A stretch of 64,000 nucleotides of DNA from assembly GCF_013167455.1 (NCBI RefSeq), contig NZ_CP038328.1. One strand, 5' to 3'. This document shows, one piece after another, positions 10,145 through 20,868 of this stretch (the first letter of the stretch is position 1; every line of letters starts with the position of its first letter). The translations under genes were made by a program, and so were the position numbers. The notes under the pieces were generated by a model. That model searched no databases and was not told the origin of the DNA. It saw only the letters and a list, made by a program, of their open reading frames with translations. The DNA is from Escherichia coli O157:H7 (lineage in GTDB: Bacteria; Pseudomonadota; Gammaproteobacteria; Enterobacterales; Enterobacteriaceae).

Positions 10145-11640
10145 TATGCAGACTCCTCTGAATACTGAAGACGGAACTGATTAACCACGGCAAAGACACG
10201 CAGCTGGTTAACATAGTCAGGCGGGAACAGCGTGTTCAGGCGGTTCGGATCGCTGGCATCACGCTCCACAACCAGGTACTGCTTAAACAGTTCGTAGTTT
10301 TCCACGATCCCCGCACGCTCAAGCTGACGGTAGGTTGCCAGCAGTTCCCCTTTGATCACCGCCGGGGTGACAATCGCCTGACCGGGACCAAAGCGGGTAC
10401 CGTCACTGGCAAGCTTGTGACGCCCGTACTTACTGGTAATGACGGATTTCAGTTTGCGCAGTACATACGCGCTGGTATGCAGCGTCTCACTGTCGAGGTA
10501 ACTGTTATCCGCAACCCCGTAAGCGTTTTTCCTGTACGTGGTGACATCACGCTGAATGCGTAGTACCCCGCTTTCGACATACGCCGTTGCCACGCCATGA
10601 GACAGCAGGGTCTGTTGTTCGGTCATCGTGAACCGTTTCCCCTTCGGCGCAGGCAGCATACCCACCAGCTCACCGGTCTGCGTGGGACGTGCCGGATCGT
10701 TGCGGATAAACACCGCTGCGCGGGCGGTACGGCTTGCCGCCAGCTCGTCGGCAGGCGTCTGGGTCTCTTTTTCGTACCCCGCCAGGGTAATGTGCTGCTG
10801 GTTAAACTGGTCACCTGCGGTCACCAGTTCTGACAGCGTGCCGATCTTTGCCGTATGCACATGACCATACAGCTGACGCGCATAGCTCCAGCGACCGCTG
10901 GTATCGTTCATCTCGGTCACCAGCGTGTTAACGGAGGCCGTGTCGTTGAACGGCAGGCCGATATAATCAAACGGCTCATCCGCCATTGCAGCCACCGCGC
11001 CGGTGAGAACCGGAGCACCCGTTCCGGCGGTACCCGTCGCCACGGCAATCTGTACGCCCGCTGGCAGCACTTCGCCCCCACCAAAGCCGTAGTAATTGAG
11101 GCTGACAGGAATTTCATTCCCACAAAGCCCCTTATGACGCGCGGTCAGTGTGACCACGCCTGCCAAAGATGAAGCCGTAAACGGCAGGGTCGGAACGGCA
11201 TTGATGGCATCCTGGATACTGCTGGCAATCATCGTGACGTTATCGCCGTTAGTCACCGGTGCCTGCACGCGGGTACGTCCTACATACACATTCACCGTGC
11301 CGGTTTCGGTTGCCGCCCCGGTCACCGTCAGCGTAACTGTTGCCGCCGCACCTGTGGATTCAGGAACGGCAATCACATACAGCTCGCCAAACGGGTCAGT
11401 CTGGCGATAAGCCTCGACCATACGCGCCAGCTGACTTCCCGCACCACAAATCTGGCGTGCATAGTCTGCCGACGACATCAGTACCAGACTGTTGGCAACA
11501 ATCTCTGCACCGTTATTGGCATGACCAATCAGCAGCGATGCTCCGCTGTCCTGTGCAGTATTCGCCGCCTGGTTATCCATTTCCGCATAAAACAACGGAA
11601 CCAGCGTATTCGACGGAATGGTGTTAAAGCTTATCGTCAT
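10144..11640 (-). CDS. Contractile tail sheath protein
   Basis: 498 aa, family-level recognition. Confidence 0.9.
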   Translation of the reverse strand: MTISFNTIPSNTLVPLFYAEMDNQAANTAQDSGASLLIGHANNGAEIVANSLVLMSSADYARQICGAGSQLARMVEAYRQTDPFGELYVIAVPESTGAAATVTLTVTGAATETGTVNVYVGRTRVQAPVTNGDNVTMIASSIQDAINAVPTLPFTASSLAGVVTLTARHKGLCGNEIPVSLNYYGFGGGEVLPAGVQIAVATGTAGTGAPVLTGAVAAMADEPFDYIGLPFNDTASVNTLVTEMNDTSGRWSYARQLYGHVHTAKIGTLSELVTAGDQFNQQHITLAGYEKETQTPADELAASRTARAAVFIRNDPARPTQTGELVGMLPAPKGKRFTMTEQQTLLSHGVATAYVESGVLRIQRDVTTYRKNAYGVADNSYLDSETLHTSAYVLRKLKSVITSKYGRHKLASDGTRFGPGQAIVTPAVIKGELLATYRQLERAGIVENYELFKQYLVVERDASDPNRLNTLFPPDYVNQLRVFAVVNQFRLQYSEESA

Positions 11641-11802
11641 CGGTGTTCACCTTTTTATTCACGCGCCGGATATCACCCGCTGCTTCACGGCGCAGCCAGT
11701 AGTTGTTCTCGTCAACATTTCGCCCTTCGGCGGGCAAAAGGTCGCCGCGGGCAGGGTCAGGCACTGACCGCCCTTTAACAGGTTTGACAAACATGAGGAT
11801 CC

Positions 11803-12363
11803 TCAGGAAGGAAGGGTTATTTCGGTGTGATGTTCGATATCGCCGTCAGGCCCGTTACCGGGCTCGAGATAATCAACATCAATCGCCAGCGTTTGCAGTT
11901 CATCCAGACTGTTCAGATCATCCTGCTGGCGGGTATCGTCTTCAGTCAGCTCGCTGATGACCGAAAAATCGAACTGATAAATCAGCTCATGACGATTCAG
12001 ATCCAGCAGCGTGCCGCCGTCATAGGTAATCGGGTTACCGCACGCTTCCGGGTTCCAGCCCAGCAAGGCCTTAAAGAGCATCTGCCGGACATCGTCCACC
12101 ACATCATACGAAGCAAACTGACCGAGCTCATCACGCCCGTTACTCAGTATGACAACCACGGAGAAGCCCTCTTTCAGCTCCTGCCAGTAGTCGGTCTGGC
12201 TTTTGTTTTCTCCCGGAGAGTCATCACCCGGTACCACATACGCCGCCGGGAGTCTCAGCTTTCCGACCTCCGGCAGATTTTTGAACTGTGCCGCGCCTGC
12301 CACCCGGTTTTCAAAATACGGGCAGCGGGCACGCAGCGCAGCAATAACAGGCGTCAGTTTCAT
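11803..12363 (-). CDS. Phage virion / tail-completion protein (family uncertain)
   Basis: 186 aa ORF between head-tail joining genes and the sheath. Confidence 0.45.
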   Translation of the reverse strand: MKLTPVIAALRARCPYFENRVAGAAQFKNLPEVGKLRLPAAYVVPGDDSPGENKSQTDYWQELKEGFSVVVILSNGRDELGQFASYDVVDDVRQMLFKALLGWNPEACGNPITYDGGTLLDLNRHELIYQFDFSVISELTEDDTRQQDDLNSLDELQTLAIDVDYLEPGNGPDGDIEHHTEITLPS

Positions 12364-12866
12364 CTGCGTCGTCGCTCAGGCTTCAGTGATTTACGTAATT
12401 CTCGCGCCAGAAAATAGCGTGTCCAGCTGCGGTTCTTTTCAAGCGTTTCCACCATAAAGTTATTACGTGGAGCCAGCCGCCAGCCGCTGCCACCGGATGC
12501 ACCACGATGATGACTACGACGACGTTTTGCTCCTCCCCGGACACCAAAAAACAGAAACGCCGGATAGAAGTCACCAGAGATCATCCGGTTCCCCTTCCCG
12601 TTGCGCTGGTTAGGGGCAATGCGTGTCATAAAACCGGCTCGCTTTTTACTGGCTCTCGGCACCATGTAACCAATCGAACGAGCCAGGCGTCCGGTCTGAT
12701 AACCGGGGTTTTCACCCGGTGCCGACCGCGCACGGCGCATCACCAGCCGACGGGCATCACGCATATGACGCTGCCCAATCGTGACAAACGCCCGCCGGAC
12801 ACGGGCGCGGTTAAAGCGCATCTCGGCGGGCTGCTGAACATCAACGTGAAAAAAGGGAGTCGCCAT
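12360..12866 (-). CDS. Virion morphogenesis protein (Mu gpG-like, uncertain)
   Basis: 168 aa basic protein, 4-nt overlap with neighbours. Confidence 0.45.
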   Translation of the reverse strand: MATPFFHVDVQQPAEMRFNRARVRRAFVTIGQRHMRDARRLVMRRARSAPGENPGYQTGRLARSIGYMVPRASKKRAGFMTRIAPNQRNGKGNRMISGDFYPAFLFFGVRGGAKRRRSHHRGASGGSGWRLAPRNNFMVETLEKNRSWTRYFLARELRKSLKPERRRR

Positions 12867-13251
12867 TGCTGCCTCCGTGACTCTGCGTAAATTCGCCCAG
12901 TTCCGTACACTCCAGCAGCAGAAAGCGCCGCGCCCCGTTCAGATCGCGCTGACGTTTCACCCGGTACACACTGTCATCACAGACCACCTCATAATCAGCA
13001 GTGATCCCGCGGCGGTAGCGAATGGTGATGTAATGGGTGATGGCGTCCCCGGTCTGCGCGGTTTCCTGCCAGGTGGTGGCACTGGTCTGGATAACCTTCG
13101 CCCATGCCCGGAACGCAACCGGGTATTGAGGCTCCACGCCAAAGTTATCCGCGGGCATATCCACCCGCTGGCGGATCAGGACGCGTTTATTCAGTTCGCC
13201 GGGGTCCGGCAGTATGTAGGTTGCGCTGGTCTGCGCCTGACGAATTTTCAT
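12841..13251 (-). CDS. Head-tail joining / head closure protein
   Basis: 136 aa ORF in head-tail connector position. Confidence 0.5.
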   Translation of the reverse strand: MKIRQAQTSATYILPDPGELNKRVLIRQRVDMPADNFGVEPQYPVAFRAWAKVIQTSATTWQETAQTGDAITHYITIRYRRGITADYEVVCDDSVYRVKRQRDLNGARRFLLLECTELGEFTQSHGGSNGDSLFSR

Positions 13252-13571
13252 AGTGGTATAAGGCGATAAGGAGCAACCAACCAGTTAAAACTCATTGGCA
13301 ACTCCATTTTCTCAACGTCTGTAACCGTTGAGCGGTTTTCGTAGAAATGGCTGACAAGTAGCAGAAGTGCCAGCTTCACATCATCAGATATCACAAGCCC
13401 ATCAGGATCATCCGCAGGCCTGTCATCTGCGGTTGCATACAACTTACGGTTAAGGAAGTTTTCCGTACGACTCTGAGCGGCCTTACCAAGCAGTTCAAGC
13501 AACTCATCTTCATCAGAGAAATCATCATCCAGACGGAGCTGAAGCTTAATCTCTTCCATTTTTAACAGCAT
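13248..13571 (-). CDS. Head-tail connector protein (gp6-like)
   Basis: Likely start MLLKMEEIKL... at 13571, preceded by AGGAGG; acidic 107 aa protein. Confidence 0.5.
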   Translation of the reverse strand: MLLKMEEIKLQLRLDDDFSDEDELLELLGKAAQSRTENFLNRKLYATADDRPADDPDGLVISDDVKLALLLLVSHFYENRSTVTDVEKMELPMSFNWLVAPYRLIPL

Positions 13572-13649
13572 AAAACCTCCTGTGCCCGCCAGAACGCGGG
13601 CACAAAAAAACCGCATTACGCGGCGTGCTGTATTACGTAAAAAGACTAA

Positions 13650-14879
13650 TCAACCACCAACGCTACCTTTCCCCACCAGCGCTTTAATGGCAGAGGTGTC
13701 TTCCAGGATACAGTCAAAACGATGGAAGGCCAGAAAACCGGTCTGATCATATTCCGCGTAACGCTCAACCAGACGTTTAAGAATCATGTATCGCACACGA
13801 CGGATAATGAAGCGATCAAAGTCACCACAGAACATGAATTTTTTACCCGCCCCGATATCATCAATTTCCTGATCAATGACATACGGTACATTCAACACTG
13901 AAGCAGGTGCCACACCAACAATATCCGGCAACCATAAAGGGCGTCCCTGACCGTCTTCCATCTCACTGATCAGTTTCAGCGTATTATCGTTAAACGCCAG
14001 GCGGAATTTCGGTCCGCGACGATATGCAGGATCAATGCTGTGTTTCAGAGCCAGAATTTCCTGCCACTTCACCGTATTTGCCGCGGCAGTCTGTGTTGTG
14101 CCGGTCACAGATGCGACCAGCCCTTTGGGTTGTTTAGGCGTACCAGCACCAGTTCCCTGAATCAGATAACGGGCTTCACCACGACCAATACGTTCAGCAA
14201 TGCGACGGGCAAGATAAGCTTCCATATCGATCGCACTGTCCTGCAGCAACTCATTAGACACACGAATTATTTTCGATGTCATTTTGAGCGCCCCAAGGCT
14301 TCCCATACCGAAATCGGTGTCTTCTTCACCGGCTTCTTCATTTTCGCCCAGCAGAACACCAACTTCGGAAGTACCATCAGCTGTTGCCCACTCCATAGTG
14401 CGACCGTCAGAAGTGGTAAGAATCTGCGCCACACTGGCGATGCCACCGTAGGATTTCATCTTCTCAACAACTTTCGCCAGGAATGTTTCTGGTACGGTAT
14501 ATCCGCCCTTTTCATCCTGAGCTACGCCCTGGGCACGAAGTTCACGCAACGCCTTTCGTTCTTCTGATGTCAGCTCACTGGCACCGTGACGCATCCACTT
14601 ATCAAAAACCTGAGCTCGTTTCTCATCCTGTTGTGGATTGTTTTCCGGATCAAGATTCTGACGCTGCTCTTCCTCATTGCTTTCAATGTACGCCTGATCC
14701 TGACGACGCAGTTCTTCTTCGCGTGCAATTCGTTCATCAAGCGCTTCCAGTTCGGATTTTGCTTTGTTCCACTCAGTGCGCTGCTCTTCCGTCCATGCGT
14801 TATCACCAATTTTTTCATTCAGGGCGCGCATGTCAGTTGCGATAGTATTACGTTTCTGTTTCAGTTCATGCAGTTTCAT
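13650..14879 (-). CDS. Major capsid protein (HK97 fold)
   Basis: 409 aa with coiled-coil N-terminal delta-like region followed by capsid domain; downstream of the prohead protease. Confidence 0.85.
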   Translation of the reverse strand: MKLHELKQKRNTIATDMRALNEKIGDNAWTEEQRTEWNKAKSELEALDERIAREEELRRQDQAYIESNEEEQRQNLDPENNPQQDEKRAQVFDKWMRHGASELTSEERKALRELRAQGVAQDEKGGYTVPETFLAKVVEKMKSYGGIASVAQILTTSDGRTMEWATADGTSEVGVLLGENEEAGEEDTDFGMGSLGALKMTSKIIRVSNELLQDSAIDMEAYLARRIAERIGRGEARYLIQGTGAGTPKQPKGLVASVTGTTQTAAANTVKWQEILALKHSIDPAYRRGPKFRLAFNDNTLKLISEMEDGQGRPLWLPDIVGVAPASVLNVPYVIDQEIDDIGAGKKFMFCGDFDRFIIRRVRYMILKRLVERYAEYDQTGFLAFHRFDCILEDTSAIKALVGKGSVGG

Positions 14880-14889
14880 GATGTTTCCT

Positions 14890-15492
14890 TTACGCGTTAA
14901 GAAGGGTCAGGACGCGTTCACGCGCCATACGTTGATTAATGGCTTTCTGTAGCGCGCCGCTGTTGCGCGCCTCCTGCCATGCTTTCATGGAGCGAACAGC
15001 CGAGTCAGCCTCCTGATAGGCAGGATATGTCACAGGACTGACATCCAGCAGACGGGAAAAGCGGGTTATCTCGCGAATAACAACCCCGTCCTCATCCTGA
15101 TACCACTCCTCGCCGTCACGGGCGACACGGAAAGCAAAAGATGACTGGTTAATATCTCCACGTTGCATCGGGGCCAGCACCAGATCACGAATGGTCTGTG
15201 TCTCCGGAGCCTGGATGTCATAGCGCAATCCGCGCTCATCAACTGAAAGATTCAGCGTGCCTGCTGCACTACGCCCAAGAATAAAATTAGGATCGTGGTT
15301 AAACAGTGCGCGTACATCATCACCAAGCACATCGTCAAAAGCGCCGGGCCGGATGATTTCGCGGAATGAACCAAATATCAGCTCAGAACGACAGTCAAAC
15401 ACCGATCCATAACCGATAATGTGCGCAGGGTTATCGTCATGCCGCTCAGCACGCACCTCACCGCTGTAACAACGGATTTCACGGTCATTCAT
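14890..15492 (-). CDS. Prohead protease (HK97 family)
   Basis: Likely start MNDREIRCY... at 15492; located between portal and capsid. Confidence 0.8.
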   Translation of the reverse strand: MNDREIRCYSGEVRAERHDDNPAHIIGYGSVFDCRSELIFGSFREIIRPGAFDDVLGDDVRALFNHDPNFILGRSAAGTLNLSVDERGLRYDIQAPETQTIRDLVLAPMQRGDINQSSFAFRVARDGEEWYQDEDGVVIREITRFSRLLDVSPVTYPAYQEADSAVRSMKAWQEARNSGALQKAINQRMARERVLTLLNA

Positions 15493-16711
15493 TGGTTTTT
15501 CCCTCATCATTTTTTGGGGGCTTAAAATCTCCTGCCGGGTTAGCAGCATTCACGCTTACCAGCATCTCATCCAGCCCTTCAACCGGATTCATATCCTCGA
15601 ATGCGCGGGCTTCATTACGGCTCATCCATCCATCGGTAATAGCGAAGTGATAGAATTGCGCGCGCTCCTGCGGAGTTCCGCGTAAAAGCCCCGTCAGATT
15701 GAACCTAACGTAATACCCGGCGGCTAACTCAGCGCGGGTAAACAAGCGACGGTTAAGCTCCTGCTCCCAGTTCGTTACCCACGGCATCATCGTGTAGCGG
15801 ACAAACTGAATCGCCTGCGCAGAAATATTGGAGAAGGTGGCTTTTTCGAGGTCATTAATCATGTGCGCAGGAATATTGAAAATACCGGCAATCATTGAAC
15901 GGTTCAGTTTCATCATGTCAATGATCTGAGCGTCAACTGGCGACACAGTCAGTGCCTTGTAATCCAGATCGGCTGGCAGCAGCATGGTTTTGTTTTCCTG
16001 GCTGCGTAACGCCTGCGATGCCTTCTGCCACTGATCTTTAAGCCAGCCCCAGCTGTCCTTATTGAGTCCGCTTTTAACGGATACTATCCCCGCCGGACGG
16101 GCATTACCGCTGAAGAAGCTTTCTGTGTATTTCTGACCGCTCATCCCCATGCCTATTGTTTCGGCATGTTGCATAATCGGACTCAGCCCCATCTTCTGAT
16201 TATTACCCAGCGCACGGATGTGGATCATATCGTCGGGGCTGATCGCAAACGCCCCATATTCGTTGTACAAACCGTAGGTATATCGGCCACCAGTATTCAT
16301 CAGCGTCGTTTCCCACGGCATACAGCAATCCAGGGATATGACTTCACCGCGACGATTACGTTTCACCCAGGTATACCCATTCCCCCAGCCAAGGATGTGA
16401 CGTTGCTTCAGTTCGCGCCATTTGTAACTGGTTTGCCAGGTATTGGGCTCATCATGAACCAGATAAAACGCCGGATGATCGCGTGCGGGCTCAACCTTCC
16501 CATTGTGCCTGCGCATAACATGCAACGGCATCTGGGCAAGGCTGGAAGACAGGACATAGATACAGGAATACACCGCAGCCAGTTTCATCGCAGTTTCAGG
16601 ACTGACATAAACGTCTGTCCGGAACAGCCCATCAGTATCAACGGCATCCCCGGTTATCGGGGTGGAAGGATTCTCCAGTGATTTACTTCTGAACAGAGCA
16701 TCAAGCAGCAC
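15485..16711 (-). CDS. Portal protein
   Basis: 408 aa, family-level recognition; GTG start. Confidence 0.85.
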   Translation of the reverse strand: MLLDALFRSKSLENPSTPITGDAVDTDGLFRTDVYVSPETAMKLAAVYSCIYVLSSSLAQMPLHVMRRHNGKVEPARDHPAFYLVHDEPNTWQTSYKWRELKQRHILGWGNGYTWVKRNRRGEVISLDCCMPWETTLMNTGGRYTYGLYNEYGAFAISPDDMIHIRALGNNQKMGLSPIMQHAETIGMGMSGQKYTESFFSGNARPAGIVSVKSGLNKDSWGWLKDQWQKASQALRSQENKTMLLPADLDYKALTVSPVDAQIIDMMKLNRSMIAGIFNIPAHMINDLEKATFSNISAQAIQFVRYTMMPWVTNWEQELNRRLFTRAELAAGYYVRFNLTGLLRGTPQERAQFYHFAITDGWMSRNEARAFEDMNPVEGLDEMLVSVNAANPAGDFKPPKNDEGKTNE

Positions 16712-16862
16712 GCGTCCCCCTTCTGGCCATAGCCAGTGCGCCCACCAGCAGTAAACCGCCGGACAGCATCAGAGCCGGAGCCATACCAAACTGCAGGTAA
16801 AACCCGCACGTAAGCAGGCCAAAACCAGCCAGCCCGATAACATCAGCAATTAGTGATTTCAT
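16701..16862 (-). CDS. Small hydrophobic protein (53 aa), hypothetical
   Basis: ATG overlaps the terminase stop in an ATGA arrangement; [53 protein letters not shown]; not in the ORF track (under 60 aa). Confidence 0.3.
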   Translation of the reverse strand: MKSLIADVIGLAGFGLLTCGFYLQFGMAPALMLSGGLLLVGALAMARRGTRAA

Positions 16863-18592
16863 AGAATTAAGAGAGCATCGTCCGGATCAAGAGATGAGAG
16901 GAAATCGTCGGGTTCTTTGAGCATTGCCCGACCGATCGCCATAATCAGCGCAACCGCACCATCGATTTTGTTTTCCGCCTGCTCCTTGACAGGCTTCACC
17001 ACATCATCGTTACCCGGAATGGTTTTGCCGACCACGTTGCCGATACACCAGGTCATGATGGGATTGCCGTCATGATGAAAGCGCCCCGATTCAATCGCCG
17101 CTTCCAGCTCTTTCATCGGATCGGACATGTTGGTGTAGTTCTGAATGATGGTGATGGGGTTCAGGTCTTCATCAGCAAGGTCATGCGACAGCCCGGTCGC
17201 CCCGAAGGGGTCGATGGGTGACTCACTGACCGGGCTGATTTTGTTCGCCGCTTTGGCCTCCTCGAGGATGTACCGATAATCCACCTCCGCACCAGCGGTA
17301 ACAGTCAGAACGCCCATTTCCACCCATTTCTGAAAGCGTTCGGCTGTCCGGCGATCTTCATTTTTCTCGACGCTGTACACCGTGTCATACGGTACCCAGA
17401 AACGCGGGGCCACACTGTAGTAATGCGTTTTACCGTCAATCTCGCGGGTATAAAGTCGCGCCATGCTGTTCATATCCAGCTTACGCGCCAGGTCAAAGGC
17501 CAGAATGCACGGCTGCCCCTCGAACTGCTCAAGGGTCAGTGATTTATCCTCGCAGCTCTGCCAGCTCACCAGGTTGAAATACGCCGAACGCGCCGACACC
17601 CAGATATTGAGGTGTTTTGTTTTAAAGACGTTTGCCAGACGGGCGTTATTTTTCGCACGCTGCTGCTGACTTAACAAAAATTCGCGATAAACCGACACGC
17701 CAATATTTGGATTGGCTTTTTCCAGCACCTGCGGGTCGATCCAGTCGTCACCTTCATCAACGGTATAGATGATCCCGAACAGTTCATCGTTGGGTACCGA
17801 ACCGTTGAGCATCTCGATAACTTCCCGCCGCTTGTCGTAGCACGGCCCCTCAATGTTGTACCCGGCGGTGGTGATGGCCCACATCAGTGGCTGACGTCGC
17901 GCCCCCATCCCGGTAAGCATCGTGGTATAAAGCGCATCGGTGGCGTGCTCGTGATATTCATCCACCACCGCACAGTGGGGTGATGAACCATCACCAGGGT
18001 TACCGATCAGCGGTTCAAACCGCGCACCATCCTCCGGACGGTTCATGTTTGAGGCGTTAACCTCAATCCCGAACGCTTCCGTCAGCATGGGTGTGCGTTT
18101 ACACATCAGTCGTGCCGGACGAAAGACTTCCCATGCCTGTTTCTCCGTCGTGGCACCGGAATACACTTCCGCGCCGAACTCGTTATCACAGGCAAAACAA
18201 TACAGGGCGACACCGGCAGAGATTGCCGATTTGCCGTTCTTACGGGGGATTTCGGTATACACCTCCCGGAAGCGGCGCAGCCGGGAGCCTTTATTGACCC
18301 AGCCAAACGCGCAGCAGATCACAAAGAGCTGCCACGGCTCCAGCGTGATGGGCATCCGTTTGAATGCCCACTCACCCTTGGTGTGCGGCAACAGCTGAAT
18401 AAATTTCGCGGCCCGTTCAGCCAGGTCCTTGTCGAAGCGGTAACGAAACGACTTACTTTTTTCCGCCATCAGGTCATCAAGATGGCGCTGGCAGGCCTGA
18501 ATCACAAACTGGCAGGCCACAATCTTTCCGCGCACGACATCACGGGCATACTGATTTGCAGCATTTACGTTGGGGTAAGATTTCCGGCTCAT
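16859..18592 (-). CDS. Terminase large subunit
   Basis: 577 aa, family-level recognition. Confidence 0.9.
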   Translation of the reverse strand: MSRKSYPNVNAANQYARDVVRGKIVACQFVIQACQRHLDDLMAEKSKSFRYRFDKDLAERAAKFIQLLPHTKGEWAFKRMPITLEPWQLFVICCAFGWVNKGSRLRRFREVYTEIPRKNGKSAISAGVALYCFACDNEFGAEVYSGATTEKQAWEVFRPARLMCKRTPMLTEAFGIEVNASNMNRPEDGARFEPLIGNPGDGSSPHCAVVDEYHEHATDALYTTMLTGMGARRQPLMWAITTAGYNIEGPCYDKRREVIEMLNGSVPNDELFGIIYTVDEGDDWIDPQVLEKANPNIGVSVYREFLLSQQQRAKNNARLANVFKTKHLNIWVSARSAYFNLVSWQSCEDKSLTLEQFEGQPCILAFDLARKLDMNSMARLYTREIDGKTHYYSVAPRFWVPYDTVYSVEKNEDRRTAERFQKWVEMGVLTVTAGAEVDYRYILEEAKAANKISPVSESPIDPFGATGLSHDLADEDLNPITIIQNYTNMSDPMKELEAAIESGRFHHDGNPIMTWCIGNVVGKTIPGNDDVVKPVKEQAENKIDGAVALIMAIGRAMLKEPDDFLSSLDPDDALLIL

Positions 18593-19092
18593 GATTCGAT
18601 AATTTTCAGAAACGGGTTAGTGGCTTTCTTCTGCCCCGCCAGGCCAATCAGACGCTGGCGGCTGCTGGGGTCGAGTCCGAGCATTGCCCCCGTACTGCTC
18701 ATCTCGGACTCCTGTTCTTTTTTGGCGGTCAGCTCCGGATTTTTGACCATGCCGCCCATTGCACCGGTGATGGTGTTGCCCTGTCTGGCAATATTTTTCA
18801 CGGCACGTCGCCAGAACTCATAGGCCACGCACCACCGCTCAAGCACCGCGAGGTCAGTCACGCACAGCAGGCCCTGACCGCAGAGTTCTTTGGTTGTCAG
18901 TTGCCACATGATCGTGGCGAGAGGGAGATCTTCTTCAGCGAACCACTCCGGTGGCTCAACACCTTTGATGGGCGTAAAAACAGGTTCATCTTTGTTCAGG
19001 GCTCGCTTGCCGGGGTTTCCGGCCAGCGCCTTGCGCGCCGTTGGCTTGGGGCGACGCCCGGAACGCCCCGCCGTTCCAGCCATATGCGGCAC
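18589..19092 (-). CDS. Terminase small subunit (P27-like)
   Basis: 167 aa basic N-terminus, directly upstream of the large subunit. Confidence 0.75.
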   Translation of the reverse strand: MPHMAGTAGRSGRRPKPTARKALAGNPGKRALNKDEPVFTPIKGVEPPEWFAEEDLPLATIMWQLTTKELCGQGLLCVTDLAVLERWCVAYEFWRRAVKNIARQGNTITGAMGGMVKNPELTAKKEQESEMSSTGAMLGLDPSSRQRLIGLAGQKKATNPFLKIIES

Positions 19093-19209
19093 TCCTGGTT
19101 AAATTTCATTTTTCGCGGGTATAAAAAAACGATGGGGCGGGCAGTCCGGAAGACGTCAGGTCACAGGGATTTGACCCGCCCCTCCCCTCTGGCAGTGGGA
19201 ACTGGTTCT
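19092..19209. other. Candidate cos region between HNH endonuclease and terminase small subunit
   Basis: GC-rich 117-bp gap containing ggggcggg ... cccgcccc inverted repeat; HNH-TerS-TerL arrangement is typical of HK97-type cos packaging. Confidence 0.3.
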
Positions 19210-19658
19210 TACTTCAGCCGTTCACGGGCCGTCTTCGCCTTATGACACGGCCAGCACAGGCTCTGCAGATTGCTGTCGGCATCAGTGCCGCCATGCGCTT
19301 TAGGGATGATGTGGTCAACGGTTTTCGCCTCGCGCACCACACCGGCACGCAAACACAACTGACACAGGCCTTTGTCACGCTTTAGTACACGCCCCCGGAT
19401 AACATCCCATTTCGAACCATAACCGCGCTGGTGTCGGGACTGGCCTGGCTTGTATTGCTTCCAGCCCTCGCTTTTGTGGCTTTCGCAATAACCTGACGGG
19501 TCAGTCGTGGTATGGCGGCAGCCGCGAACTCGGCAGGCTTTTGGGGTTCGTGGTGGCATATGTACTCCAATGAAGAAGCTACCGACATAGCCTCCTCCAT
19601 TCGTCGTGAAACTATTTTCATCTACCCAGTAATGAATTCTTTGAAGAGTTGTAATCAA
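19209..19658 (-). CDS. HNH endonuclease (packaging-associated)
   Basis: 149 aa with Cys-rich zinc motifs and DHIIPKAHGG...N...C HNH signature. Confidence 0.85.
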   Translation of the reverse strand: MITTLQRIHYWVDENSFTTNGGGYVGSFFIGVHMPPRTPKACRVRGCRHTTTDPSGYCESHKSEGWKQYKPGQSRHQRGYGSKWDVIRGRVLKRDKGLCQLCLRAGVVREAKTVDHIIPKAHGGTDADSNLQSLCWPCHKAKTARERLK

Positions 19659-19678
19659 TACAACTCGCTAATGGAGAG

Positions 19679-19702
19679 GCTTGTCTCACACGTGAGACAA
19701 GC
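19679..19702. promoter_or_regulatory. 11-bp inverted repeat with 2-bp spacer (gcttgtctcac ac gtgagacaagc)
   Basis: Near-perfect dyad 20 bp upstream of the HNH start in the divergent HNH/bor intergenic region; candidate protein-binding site. Confidence 0.4.
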
Positions 19703-20084
19703 TTCCTGTTTGATTTACTGGACACTATAGAAGGACAGAATGCCTTCCTCACTCGAATCACATCAATTAAGGAGGTTCAACATGTTTCATTCCACAAGTC
19801 ATCAGGCTGTAATTATGGCAGCATCAGTTTGTGCCACAGACCTTTTCCGCTTCACTTTGAGCCTGATTCATTTCTACCTGACCGGCTCGCCTCTATCTTT
19901 TTAATCCCCGCTTTATCCAAATTGCATTGCCAGAATGCCGACAACAGACTGACATTCAAATCCTGACTACCTCCAATAGTCTGACCGTACACCTATATAG
20001 TTTTAATTTTCATCAATCCATTTAACTATCGTTTAATTGTTGTCACATAGGATTCTGCCGTTTTTAACAATGCAGGATAATAAG

Positions 20085-20378
20085 ATGAAAAAAATGTTAT
20101 TTTCTGCCGCTCTGGCAATGCTTATTACAGGATGTGCTCAACAGACGTTTACTGTTGGAAACAAACCGACAGCAGTAACACCAAAGGAAACCATCACCCA
20201 TCATTTCTTCGTTTCGGGAATTGGACAGGAGAAAACTGTTGATGCAGCCAAAATTTGTGGCGGCGCAGAAAATGTGGTTAAAACAGAAACCCAGCAAACA
20301 TTCGTAAATGGATTGCTCGGTTTTATTACTTTAGGCATTTATACTCCGCTGGAAGCGCGGGTGTATTGCTCACAATAA
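20085..20378 (+). CDS. bor: Bor-family outer-membrane lipoprotein (serum-resistance moron)
   Basis: MKKMLFSAALAMLITGCAQQTFTV... lipobox and near-identity to lambda Bor; opposite strand to the lysis genes. Confidence 0.85.
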   Translation: MKKMLFSAALAMLITGCAQQTFTVGNKPTAVTPKETITHHFFVSGIGQEKTVDAAKICGGAENVVKTETQQTFVNGLLGFITLGIYTPLEARVYCSQ

Positions 20379-20409
20379 TTGCATGAGTTGCCCATCGATA
20401 TGGGCAGCG

Positions 20410-20868
20410 CTATCTGCACTGCTCATTAATATACTTCTGGGTTCCTTCCAGTTGTTTTTGCATAGTGATCAGCCTCTCTCTGAGGGTGAAATAATCCCGT
20501 TCAGCGGTGTCTGCCAGTCGGGGGGAGGCTGCATTATCCACGCCGGAGGCGGTGGTGGCTTCACGCACTGACTGACAGACTGCTTTGATGTGCAACCGAC
20601 GACGACCAGCGGCAACATCATCACGCAGAGCATCATTTTCAGCTTTCGCATCAGCTAACTCCTTCGTGTATTTTGCATCGAGCGCAGCAACATCACGCTG
20701 ACGCATCTGCATGTCAGTAATTGTCGAGTTCGCCAGCTTCAGTTCTCTGGCATTTTTGTCGCGCTGGGCTTTGTAGGTAATGGCGTTATCGCGGTAATGA
20801 TTAGCCCATGACAAGCAAACGATGATGCAGATAACCAGAGCGGAAATAATCGCGGTTACTCTGCTCAT
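20410..20868 (-). CDS. Rz: Spanin inner-membrane subunit Rz
   Basis: 152 aa, lambda Rz-like. Confidence 0.85.
   Translation of the reverse strand: MSRVTAIISALVICIIVCLSWANHYRDNAITYKAQRDKNARELKLANSTITDMQMRQRDVAALDAKYTKELADAKAENDALRDDVAAGRRRLHIKAVCQSVREATTASGVDNAASPRLADTAERDYFTLRERLITMQKQLEGTQKYINEQCR
20469..20651 (-). CDS. Rz1: Spanin outer-membrane lipoprotein Rz1 (embedded in Rz in another frame)
   Basis: 60 aa [20 protein letters not shown]... lipobox followed by Pro-rich PPPPP tract, lambda Rz1-like. Confidence 0.8.
   Translation of the reverse strand: MRKLKMMLCVMMLPLVVVGCTSKQSVSQCVKPPPPPAWIMQPPPDWQTPLNGIISPSERG

Noticed and set aside
14040-14567. 175-aa plus-strand ORF inside the capsid gene
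   Set aside because: Antisense to the major capsid gene; no start context; low-complexity composition
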